DNA of 63,224 nucleotides, the filler included, from Callorhinchus milii (taxonomy: Eukaryota): the NCBI RefSeq assembly GCF_018977255.1. It is 2 parts of 2 records of this genome, joined end to end, with 100 filler letters (N's around TTAATTAATTAA, not from the genome) between each part and the next. Parts side by side here need not be neighbours in the genome. Positions count along the whole stretch, not along the records: positions 31,678 to 63,224 come from NW_024705616.1; 1 more part is not named here. One strand, 5' to 3'. Under the pieces are notes generated by a model. That model searched no databases and was not told the DNA's origin. It was given only the letters and a program-made list of their open reading frames with translations. The translations under genes and the position numbers were made by a program. Each line of letters starts with the position of its first letter. The stretch's first letter is position 1. This document shows, in pieces, positions 47,948 to 57,780 of this stretch.

Positions 47948-48790
47948 GGTTAAGTGCTCACGCCAGGTGGTTAAGGGCTCACGCCAGGTGGTTAAGGGCT
48001 CACGCCAGGTAGTTAAGGGCTTACGCCAGGTTTGTTAAGGGCTCACGCCAGGTAGTTAAGGGCTTACGCCAGGTTTGTTAAGGGCTCACGCCAGGTGGTT
48101 AAGGGCTTACGCCAGGTGGTTAAGGGCTTACGCCAGGTAGTTAAGGGCTCACGCCAGGTAGTTAAGGGCTTACGCCAGGTGGTTAAGGGCTCACGCCAGG
48201 TGGTTAAGGGCTTACGCCAGGTGGTTAAGGGCTCACGCCAGGTGGTTAAGGGCTCACGCCAGGTGGTTAAGGGTTTACGCCAGGTGGTTAAGGGCTCACG
48301 CCAGGTGGTTAAGGGCTCACGCCAGGTGGTTAAGGGCTCACGCCAGGTGGTTAAGGGCTTACGCCAGGTTTGTTAAGGGCTCACGCCAGGTATTAAGGGC
48401 TTACGCCAGGTGGTTAAGGGCTCACGCCAGGTGGTTAAGGGCTCACGCCAGGTGGTTAAGGGCTCACGCCAGGTGGTTAAGGGCTCACGCCAGGTGGTTA
48501 AGGGCTTACGCCAGGTGGTTAAGGGCTCACGCCAGGTGGTTAAGGGTTTACGCCAGGTGGTTAAGGGCTCACGCCAGGTGGTTAAGGGCTCACGCCACGC
48601 CAGGTGGTTAAGGGCTCACGCCAAGTGGTTAAGGGCTCACGCCAGGTGGTTAAGGGTTTACGCCAGGTGGTTAAGGGCTCACGCCAGGTGGTTAAGGGCT
48701 CACGCCAGGTGGTTAAGGGCTCACGCCAAGTGGTTAAGGGCTTACGCCAGGTGGTTAAGGGCTCACGCCAGGTGGTTAAAGGCTCACGCC
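47948..48790. repeat. 21-bp minisatellite, right part (about 40 units)
   Basis: Same unit as 39637-40084. Confidence 0.97.
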
Positions 48791-49107
48791 GAACCAAACC
48801 AGCCTAGCCTACAACTCCCCATGGGACAGGGTACCGTGATCCCTACAACGCCGGCTAACTCGGCTCTCCACCCTGCCCCGGCCCGGGACTACCCCAACCT
48901 CGGCGGAGTAGCCTCCCCTAGTCTCGTGTGAGGATCACCTACCCGAGTCCCCACTCCTACCCCCGACGAACCCCGGTTCCATCCCGGGTCCCCTTTAAAT
49001 ACCCCCCTGGGGCATGACGTCACCGTCACCCACGGCCCCCGCCTGACGTCACGTCCCGCGACGCCGCTCTCTACGAGGGCGCGCGTGACGTGGTGTCACC
49101 CACTACA
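48791..49107 (-). mobile_element. LTR-like fragment
   Basis: Ends in CACTACA, has a TATA-like motif on the minus strand (about 48994-49001) and shares gtagcctcccctag with neighbouring LTRs. No matching other terminus or TSD was found. Confidence 0.5.
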
Positions 49108-50251
49108 CCTGTACACGTGTGTAGGGGTGTCAGGGGAAGGATTCCCACCAATAGGAGGGTTAGTGGAACAGTGACAGGAGAAGGGGGAGGGCTAATCGAG
49201 GAGACGTGAGGGAGAGCACGGGCGGGAAGAGGGGAGCGAGATTGAGACGGCTGGGGACAGCTGTGGATGGGAGAAGGGCAGTACAGGACGAAGCCCCTGC
49301 CACCTTGTGTCGGCTTCTCCTTCACACACGAGAAGCATTCATCGGTGCAAGGTGGCATGCTGTTAAATAGTTTTAAAAAAACTTCATATTTTACTGGGTA
49401 AAGCTGTGTAATGATGTTGGTGTTTGTGTACACGTATAATGCAGTTTCTTTTTTTTTTTACGTAGCCTTCCATTCTTGGAAAAATATAATTACACGTGCC
49501 CATCCGTTTTTGTTTTTGCTTTGAAAGGATTCGGGAGGTGGTGGGGGGGGGTGGTGGTTTGTGGAATTATAGCCGCTCTCCGCAATGAAACATTATAAAT
49601 ATCCCACGGCAAGGGGTCCTGGGCAGTGCTTCTCATGGCCGTGAACACTGCGGGAAGAGGATCGTGGTTGCTAAGACGATATGATGCCGGTAGTAATAAT
49701 AAACTATCAGCGTGATGCCCTCGCTCGTAGTCCCGGCTCATCTGGCTGTGAACAACAGGGACCCAAACGCAGGGGCAGTTCCTGGAACCCACGCTGCAGT
49801 TTAACTGCACGATGCATTCGTTGAGAAGGACAAAACACAACTTGGGAATTGCATCGTGGAAGTTTTTTTTTGTTTCGTAAATTACAATCAGAAATATAAA
49901 TGGGCGATGTCCTCACTTTGTTGATTAATTGAAATATCTCACTGAGGTGGTAAGGAGGTATTAACAATCAATGTCTTTTGTAGTGTGTGGAAAATACCAC
50001 AGCCCTGGTTTGTGGGAGCCATGGTCCATGACTGAACATTTGCACTGCCAAGTTGTCTAAAGCAAGCGTTTCCAAACCCCTTGAACCACTGCATCACTTA
50101 GACATCGTGATATGTGCCTTCAATGATTGCATAATGTCCAGTTGGAAATATTGTGCTGAAATAGTTGGGTGGGTTTTTATCTGCTGTGCATGTCGTGCCG
50201 CCTGGTCTAGAACATTGCACGTTAAAGTTTGTGTTTTTAATTTCCTTACAG

Positions 50252-50323
50252 CTCAACAAAGGCATTTCCGAGGTTGATCTGCTTCTGTTTGCCGATGAAC
50301 TCAGCGAAAAAGCTAAACACCTG
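50252..50323 (+). CDS. PROM1: Prominin-1-like exon (72 nt)
   Basis: ccttacAG / GTgagt. LNKGISEVDLLLFADELSEKAKHL. Confidence 0.9.
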
Positions 50324-50726
50324 GTGAGTGTTGTCAAGCTTGTACGCTTTCATTTTCTCAAGTGTATTTCTATTTCAATGCTTTGAAAAATCTGCATGTG
50401 GTTTCACTCAGGTTTTTCCCAGCTGAAGTGTGGAATGAGCCAAACTAAAGTGTGCAGACGCATATGGGATTTTAATCATAGCTAACGTGTTATGTTTTTT
50501 TAAATCTAATTCACAGTGCTGCAGTGTAAAACCTATTTGAATGCTTTTATGTACATAAATGTGGCCTTTCTGGTAAGACCCTGAATGTATCTATTTAAAG
50601 TTAGCGTAAATGGCACGAATGTTTAAAGTTGCGATTTCTTAATCTCATTCATGTGTTGACCTCTCGGGGGGGGGGGGGGGGGAAGAGTTCTGGGAAAAAG
50701 CAAGAGTTTGATTTAAGAGAGTTGGG

Positions 50727-51168
50727 TTTATACTGGTAGGAACCTCCTGGTTACACCAGCCCACAGGGGATTATTGTGTCGGTCGTGCAGGGAGGGGCTG
50801 GGTGGGGAGGGAGGGGCTTGGTGGGGGGTGGGAGGGGCTGGGTGGGGAGGGGCTGGGTGGGGAGGGGAGGGTGTGGCTGGGTGGGGAGGGGCTGGGTGGG
50901 GAGGGTGGGGAGGGGCTGTGTGTGGCTGGGGGGAGGGGCTGGGTGGGGAGGGGAGGGTGGGGAGGGGCTGTGTGTGGCTGGGTGGGGAGGGGCTGGTCAC
51001 CCCGTGGTGCCCTTATAAAACTCAACGTTTAACCTACTCACGCCGGCTTGTGCCCGCCCTCACAGTCTTGGCATATTTGCGGAATACACCACGCCGCCGT
51101 TGACCCTGCAGGCCATTGACCGAGCAACCCAACGTTCCTACCAGCTCCCTCCGCAGGAGAAATGTGTT
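50727..51168 (+). repeat. G-rich duplicated module, copy 1
   Basis: (GGGCTGGGTGGGGAG)n core with flanks nearly identical to 53484-53838. Confidence 0.9.
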
Positions 51169-51270
51169 TATTAACGAACGTGGGGCACTCGTTTGGTCAA
51201 CTCTGTTTGGTTGTGTGCGATGATTTACATTTGATTCACGATCGACGTTTGCGTGCGACTGTGACCGCAG

Positions 51271-51360
51271 AGCGAGGCGCTGGCGAACGCGCTGCGGGGA
51301 CACGCGGCGAGCATCCGCTGGATTCACTACAACCAAGTGGTGCTTCTCAACAGCAGCGTG
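51271..51360 (+). CDS. PROM1: Prominin-1-like exon (90 nt)
   Basis: accgcAG / GTgagc. SEALANALRGHAASIRWIHYNQVVLLNSSV, phase 0-0, in the expected order. Confidence 0.83.
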
Positions 51361-51600
51361 GTGAGCACTGTGCCCTGCTGGTTACCTGCCTTGCGCCCCC
51401 TTTGCTCCACCAATGTTCGGCATTGTACACTTCATCGCAGCGGCTTAGGTTGCGCAATAAGTAAGTATGTATGTATGTTGAACGTATTTCTCACCGTACA
51501 TAGCCAATCGTGCTATTCGGGTGTGTACACCTTACCAATGGTTTGTGCTTTACTCATGGCTGGTTTACACACCATAACATGGCCTGGGTTTCGATTTAAA

Positions 51601-51812
51601 GCTTTTTTCACGTAGAATGGAAATAATAAAATAATAAAAATAAAACATAATAACATAATTCTCACGACGTTTCGGACACAACGCAAGCAGCCGTCCTCAG
51701 GTGAAGAGTCTGAATGACACGTCCTGAAGCCCAGGACGTGTCATTCAGACTCTGTCTCCTCGACAGACCTGTTCTTCACCTGAGGACGGCTGCTGAAAGA
51801 ACCAAGAAGATG
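51601..51812. mobile_element. Penelope-type fold-back element, subfamily B; hammerhead motif on the minus strand 51662-51704
   Basis: Minus strand TCAC-CTGAGGA-cggctgcttgcgttgtgtcc-GAAACGTC-GTGA. Central perfect 22-bp hairpin at 51706-51754. Right arm is partly deleted. Confidence 0.8.
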
Positions 51813-52889
51813 GCCTGGGTTGTATGCCTTGCCAATCAATGGGTTGTGCACCTCACCATTTCCCGCATCGTATACCACCACGTGTTACACTAGCAGCGTT
51901 ACGTACCGTGTAGTGGTGGCTGGGTTCTATGTACAGCAGAGAATGTGAATGGGGTGATTCCAGCGCTAAACCGCCTTTGCAGGAGGTTCGCGGTCCGAAT
52001 CCGACAGCCCCTGGTTCGTTCTGCGGGTGTACACATCGTGAGGCACGTGCTGCCTGCTGCACAGTGGACGTTTAAAGATCCCGTGACATCATTGGAACCT
52101 CATTTGCCAGTAAAAAATATGATAATTGGTTTGTGCACATTATCAGAGTTATGTGTTTTTTTTTGCATTATGGCTGCAGGTATTGTGGTCTATGTAAACA
52201 TGACTCCTTGTAAAAAAGGTGTCAGTTTTGTTGCCAGATAGAAGGGTAAAAAAATAATTATCATCCCGTGACATCTTTTGAAGAGTGGGCCATACGTTGT
52301 GCGCTGGCGTCATCGTCAACATTTGCCAAATTTTCAAAAAGGATCACAAATTTCTCAATTGGGATTACACGCAGCAATCACCACCCCCACTGGCAGACGG
52401 ATTCCTATTTAGTAGGCTGCTTCTGAGTCACTTTTTGCCATAGAGGGACAGCTGCTATGGAGGGGTTCCCCTTCTAATGTTTGAGAGGAGATGGAAGGCA
52501 TTTTGTTATTAAATAATTATTAAATTGGCACACCTATTGGGAGCAAAGCAAGGTTTGCTCATATCTGAAGTGTGCTTGTATCAGAAGTTGCTCTTGAACT
52601 CCCTCCACCAGTGTAATGTTTGATGTTGCTTATACCAGAACTGTGCTTATATAAAGTGTGCTTGTATCCAGTTTCTCCTGTATCAATATTTGTATTGCAA
52701 AAAATACGGTCTAACAACAACAACAACAACCTTGTCGATCATGAAATATGGATTGTAATAATGTGCTCCGAGCTGAACCCACCACGTAACCAGAGCGTGG
52801 ATCCACAGTCAGGCACCGATGAGCTGGTCGTGAGGGCCCATAATGGGGTCCACCTCACTCAGGCCAGCCGTGTGTGACTGATGGAGAGG

Positions 52890-53179
52890 CAGAGGTCGCA
52901 AACGGGTTTTGATTCCTTACCCGTACCCGTACCCGGCCGTAACAGGGTCGCAAATGGGTACCTGTACCCGTACCCGGCCGGGTACGGGTTCCCGTTCTCT
53001 ACCCGTACCCTACCCAAAATGAGTGACAAATGGCTACTCACCAGTGACTCACGGCCTACCTGTACCCGTACCCGGCCGCACCAGGGTCGCAAACGGCTAC
53101 CCGTACCCGTACCCGGCCGGGTACGGGTAGCCGGGTATCGGGTAGGGTACGGGTATCGGGTACCCGGTTGCGACCTCTG
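52890..53179. mobile_element. hAT-type MITE (290 bp), same family as 32531-32673, opposite orientation
   Basis: Same TIRs. TSD TGGAGAGG / TGGAGAGA (7/8). Confidence 0.9.
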
Positions 53180-53483
53180 TGGAGAGATGGCGGTGGGGGT
53201 TCCCCAGTCTTCAACATCACATCCGCTGCTACAAATGTAACACATTGCAGCGTCAGCACTACGCGTGGGACACGGAGTGTTCCTTGTCCGATACAGCAGC
53301 CGCCATTTGCCACCACCAAGTGGCGGTGACGTCACCACAGCGCTTGTGCCAGGCTGGGTGCACTGCCACGGTGGAAACACCCGTGCGTCATCGAAACCGC
53401 AGAAAACTTTTGCAGTAACGTTCATGCTCGTGCTGTTGATGTACCCTTTAACATGGTGCTGTACGAATACAATATTTATTTAA

Positions 53484-53838
53484 TTTATACTAGTTGGAAC
53501 CTCCTGGTTACACCAGCCCACAGGGGATTATTGTGTCCGTCCATCCGTCGTCGTGCAGGGAGGGGCTGGGTGGAGAGGGAGGGGCTGGGGAGGGAGGGGC
53601 TGGGTGGGGAGGGGCTGGGTGGGGAGGGGCTGGGGGGGGTGGGAGGATTGGGGCTGGGTGGGGAGGGGCTGGTCACCCCGTGGTGCCCTTATAAAACTCA
53701 ACGTTTCACCTACTCACGCCGGCTTGAGCCCGCCCTCACAGTCGGGCATATTTGCGGAATACACCACGCCGCCGTTGACCCTGGCCATTGACCGAGCAAC
53801 CAAACGTTCCTACCAGCTCCCTCCGCGGGAATGTGTTT
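53484..53838 (+). repeat. G-rich duplicated module, copy 2
   Basis: Collinear with 50727-51168, with a shorter G-repeat core. Confidence 0.9.
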
Positions 53839-53887
53839 GTTGTTGACCAATTCAGAAATAAGTGCTTACCATTTGTGTTGTTTTCAG

Positions 53888-53941
53888 AGTACTTTGAACA
53901 AGAGTTTGAACTCTTTCCAGAGGACATCCCTTGCTCTGCAG
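53888..53941 (+). CDS. PROM1: Prominin-1-like exon (54 nt)
   Basis: ttttcAG / GTtggg. STLNKSLNSFQRTSLALQ. Confidence 0.85.
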
Positions 53942-54217
53942 GTTGGGACTGGTGATCACATTCACACTGCATAGCTGCTCCAGTGAAATGAGACTAATTC
54001 ACCACGTAGAATATTTCACTTGAGTTTGATCACAGACACAAATTGATCCAGCTCATGAAATAATATCTGTTGATGGTTATTGTTGATTGTAATTTGCGTG
54101 TGCGTGACCCGCATGGACACATGCGTACTTGTGACATGCTTATCCACATGTGCACTTAACGCCCTTGCAAAATAGTCAAAATAATTGTGTTCAATGTTTT
54201 GTGTGTGTGAATCCTAG

Positions 54218-54298
54218 AGTGCGATTACAGAAGCCATTGACAAATTGGACATTGCCCAGAGTCTCATCAATAACAATGCCTCAGAGGTTATCATTGGG
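54218..54298 (+). CDS. PROM1: Prominin-1-like exon (81 nt)
   Basis: cctAG / GTaagt. SAITEAIDKLDIAQSLINNNASEVIIG. Confidence 0.9.
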
Positions 54299-54642
54299 GT
54301 AAGTTGTTACGTTAAAGTGCCATGTGTATCACGTGATTTTTAACGCGGATTGTTAAAATAAAAGTTTCCTTCGAGAAAATGCGTTTGGGGAATATTCGTC
54401 AATTCAGTCGGTCAACTTTGCGCGAGGTCCATTGAGTAAGGAAAATCGTTTTCGATTGCTTTAGTTTTGTAGGAATGATTCGTGGTGTACAGCCAAGTAA
54501 TTTGAGTTGCAAGCCTCGTGGATGCATTGCTAACAAATGAGACCTTTACGAACAAAATGTTTAGGTAAAGCACCTTGCGGAAAATTTACATGGACCTTTT
54601 TCAGCAATCGTAACACTTTGCAATATTGGCCTTTTTCTAAAG

Positions 54643-54711
54643 GAAATGAAGACCTATATGGAGACTATAATAGGATACTTCGAGAGTTACGTTACTTGGA
54701 CAAAGTTTTCC
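54643..54711 (+). CDS. PROM1: Prominin-1-like exon (69 nt)
   Basis: tttctaaAG / GTgagt. EMKTYMETIIGYFESYVTWTKFS. Confidence 0.92.
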
Positions 54712-56520
54712 GTGAGTACATGAAAGCTGAATCGTCAATACAATGCACACCTCTTAGTAGCCCACTGACTTGACTTATTATGTGCATTCTTAATCACGAA
54801 CATATATCTCCGTGAAACTGGGGACATTTAAAGTAAGTTTAGAAGCTGGAGTCGGGTGTAATCGAAGTTGATTTAATTGCAACTTAATTGAATTGAAAGG
54901 TGTGGCACAGATACCCACGTTTGCATTCCAGCGCTGTGTATAGGTTCTTTTGTAGACGTGTGTAATGTGAGGGTATATCCGGGTGGTTGATTGATCACAC
55001 CTCGTTATGATGATTGGCTCTACCGGCCCAGGCCCATAGCCAATGGGGAGAGGTCTAGGGGCGTGGCCCTGACGTAATGGGAAGGTGACACCTGGGAGGA
55101 GATGATTGGCCCTGCTGGCTTTGGCCACAGCCAATGGGGGGACGGGTCAGGGGCGTGGTCCTGGGACCGTAGGATGGAATCTGGAAGATTCCAGGGAGGT
55201 TACCCAGGACTGGTTGAAAGGCACCACGTGACCCAGGGATTTAAAGGGGTGGAGACGGGCAGCACGTGGTCAGATTTGGAACGAAGGGTGAGGCTACGCT
55301 GGAGCGGGGTCCAGGCCTGCCACGTGGCAGCAAGAGTCTCTCTCTCTCCCTCCCTCTCACGCTGTCTGTCAACAGCGTGAAGGAGTAAGACAGTAGTGGA
55401 ATTTATATGAAGAGATCTGTGAACGAAAGAGAAATAAAGACCCTGTTGTATGTGTCGGGTTATGAAATTTTGATAAAAATAATAAAAATTAATAATTTTC
55501 CGAAAAATGCGCAAATCGCATTAATTATGATAGTGTGTGTATTGATATGCATAAATTATGATAATGTGTAATTATATGCATACATTATGATAATCACGGA
55601 GATAATCGTAGTAATTTATGCGGATGCTTGCGGTTGTGTTATTGTGTGCAGTTGTGATAATTAGGCTCAGCTTCGTTTATCCAGAGTTATATCAATCAGG
55701 ATAACACGATTATCATCGATTAAACGTTTACCGATTATCTTAGTGTGTTTGTTATTTTTAGTCTCCAGGTTCAGATCTCATCACAGGATACAGTTGTCAA
55801 GAATAAGACAGTTTTGCATGGACTTGGAAAGAAGCACTCGAACAGTTGGTGTTAAGCAATTTTAATTCTAAACAAGCACATGACACTCTAGTATGCGAAA
55901 GCGAGTATACGTCAATAAATTCATGGGCAATCTTATGCAATTAACGAAATTGAATGACTAAAAATACTTCTTCATTGGCGAAATTATGCAGTTAACGAAA
56001 ATGAATGACTAAACACTTATGCATTTACGATATTATACGATTACCTAATATGAATGACCAAAACATTTCTTATTCATGCAGCTCGACGGCAACAACTGCT
56101 TTGCACGATCAGTTGATATTGAACGCACCACTTCGAAATGGCAACCCTTTTTGAAACGCAAAGATCACTTTTTTGAAAGTCTTATTCGTGTGCGTGCTGT
56201 GTGTGCGTTGTCCCCTCGTAATATTAATTGTGTCGTTAGCTTGTGTGGTGTAGGAGGATACAAACAGCGGCCAGGTGTTCCTCTCGATTGGGCGTGGCCG
56301 CCGCAAGCTCCTGCTGCTCCCTCGCTCGGCGTGTCGCTCGGCTTTTGCTCTCTCTCTCTTTCTCCACTGCTGGATTGAGCGGCGTTGGCACGATGTTCTT
56401 GAAGAAACTTGCTTGCTTGGCGCTTGATGGTTCCGGGGCTTGGTGCTGCTCGTGCGCTCTCTCTCTCTACTGCTCGATGACGAGTTGGCACGATGCTGTC
56501 CTTGAAGATGCTCGGTCGCT

Positions 56521-56970
56521 TGTGTCGCTCGGTGTCGCTCGGTGTCGCTCGGTGGCGCACGGTGGCGCCCGGTGGCGCACGGTGGCGCAGGGTGGCGCAC
56601 GGTGGCGCAAGGTGGCGCACGGTGGCGCAAGGTGGCGCACGGTGGCGCAGGGTGGCGCACGGTGTCGCTCGTGGCGCACGGTGGCGCCCGGTGGCGCACG
56701 GTGGCGCAGGGTGGCGCACGGTGGCGCAAGGTGGCGCACGGTGGCGCACGGTGGCGCAGGGTGGCGCACGGTGGCGCAAGGTGGCGCACGGTGGCGCCCG
56801 GTGGCGCACGGTGGCGCAGGGTGGCGCACGGTGGCGCAAGGTGGCGCACGGTGGCGCAAGGTGGCGCACGGTGGCGCACGGTGGCGCAAGGTGGCGCACG
56901 GTGGCGCACGGTGGCGCACGGTGGCGCAAGGTGGCGCACGGTGGCGCAAGGTGGCGCAAGGTGGCGCACG
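56521..56970. repeat. 10-bp tandem array (GGTGGCGCAV)n, about 45 units
   Basis: ggtggcgcac/ggtggcgcaa/ggtggcgcag units, preceded by ggtgtcgctc variants. Confidence 0.96.
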
Positions 56971-57435
56971 CGCTTTCTTGGTGGCAGCCCCCGGCTTCTC
57001 CACTGCTCGATTGATTGTTGAGTCGGCACGATGCTCGCCGTCGCTCTGGACGTCTTGTGTGTTCACACTGGTCGTTGGTCGGTGTGCCCTCAGGCACACG
57101 GCGCATTCGATGGCGCTGTCCTCTCCCTCGCAGCCGTTTGACCAGGCTTCCTCCACTGCTTCGCGCTCTCTGCTTTGCTCGCTTGGTCGACGCTTGGCGA
57201 TCTCCGCCCTTTTACAGGTTGATTGCTTGTCGTCACTCGTCACTCTCTCTGCTCCGTGCTTCCCTTGTTCGTGCGGCTGCCAGCTTACTCGCACTTAACT
57301 TCGTTCTGCGAGAAGCGACACCTGCTATCAGCATCGGTGTTTCGTTTCCTCACGACGCTCCGCCAGCCGGAGCACGGCTGAAACCCAGCCCCGACCCAGG
57401 TTGAACTCAGACTTCTGCGACTCGAACGACCCCTC

Positions 57436-57780
57436 CTCGTTCCATCTCTCCTCGAGGCACGATTTGCCCCAGCTCTCTTGCGAGCCCCGTCGCAACGCTG
57501 CGTCGCAAGCCGAGTTGCGAGACTAGACGCGACTCAAACAGACTGCTCTCAGACTGTCACTTTAACGATGTCTCGTCGTTCCATCTCTCCTCGAGGCACG
57601 ATCTGCCCCAACTCTCTTGCGAGCCCCGTCGCAACGCTGCGTCGCACGCCGAGTTGCGAGACTGAGCACGACTCAACCCAGACTGCTCTCAGGCTGCCAC
57701 TTTAACGATGTCTCGTCGTCCCATCTCTTCTCGAGGCACGACTGCCACAGCTCCCTTGCGTGCCCCGTCGCAACGCTGAG
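57436..57780. repeat. About 139-bp tandem repeat, 2.5 copies
   Basis: tcgttccatctctcctcgaggcacga...gccccgtcgcaacgctg recurs at about 57437, 57576 and 57716. Confidence 0.88.

Noticed and set aside
39653..48931. VVKGSRQ / WREPLTT repeat proteins
   Set aside because: They are a by-product of a 21-bp unit lacking stops in some frames. The sequence is intronic and interrupted by retroelements.
39632..49107. A single outer LTR enclosing the satellite/RTE/Gypsy stack (TGTTAG...CACTACA)
   Set aside because: The flanks (TTGC versus CCTG) give no TSD and the termini are not well matched.
56109..57298. Overlapping 275-351 aa ORFs on both strands
   Set aside because: They are open in nearly all frames because of the stop-free 10-bp array and high GC, with no recognisable domain.
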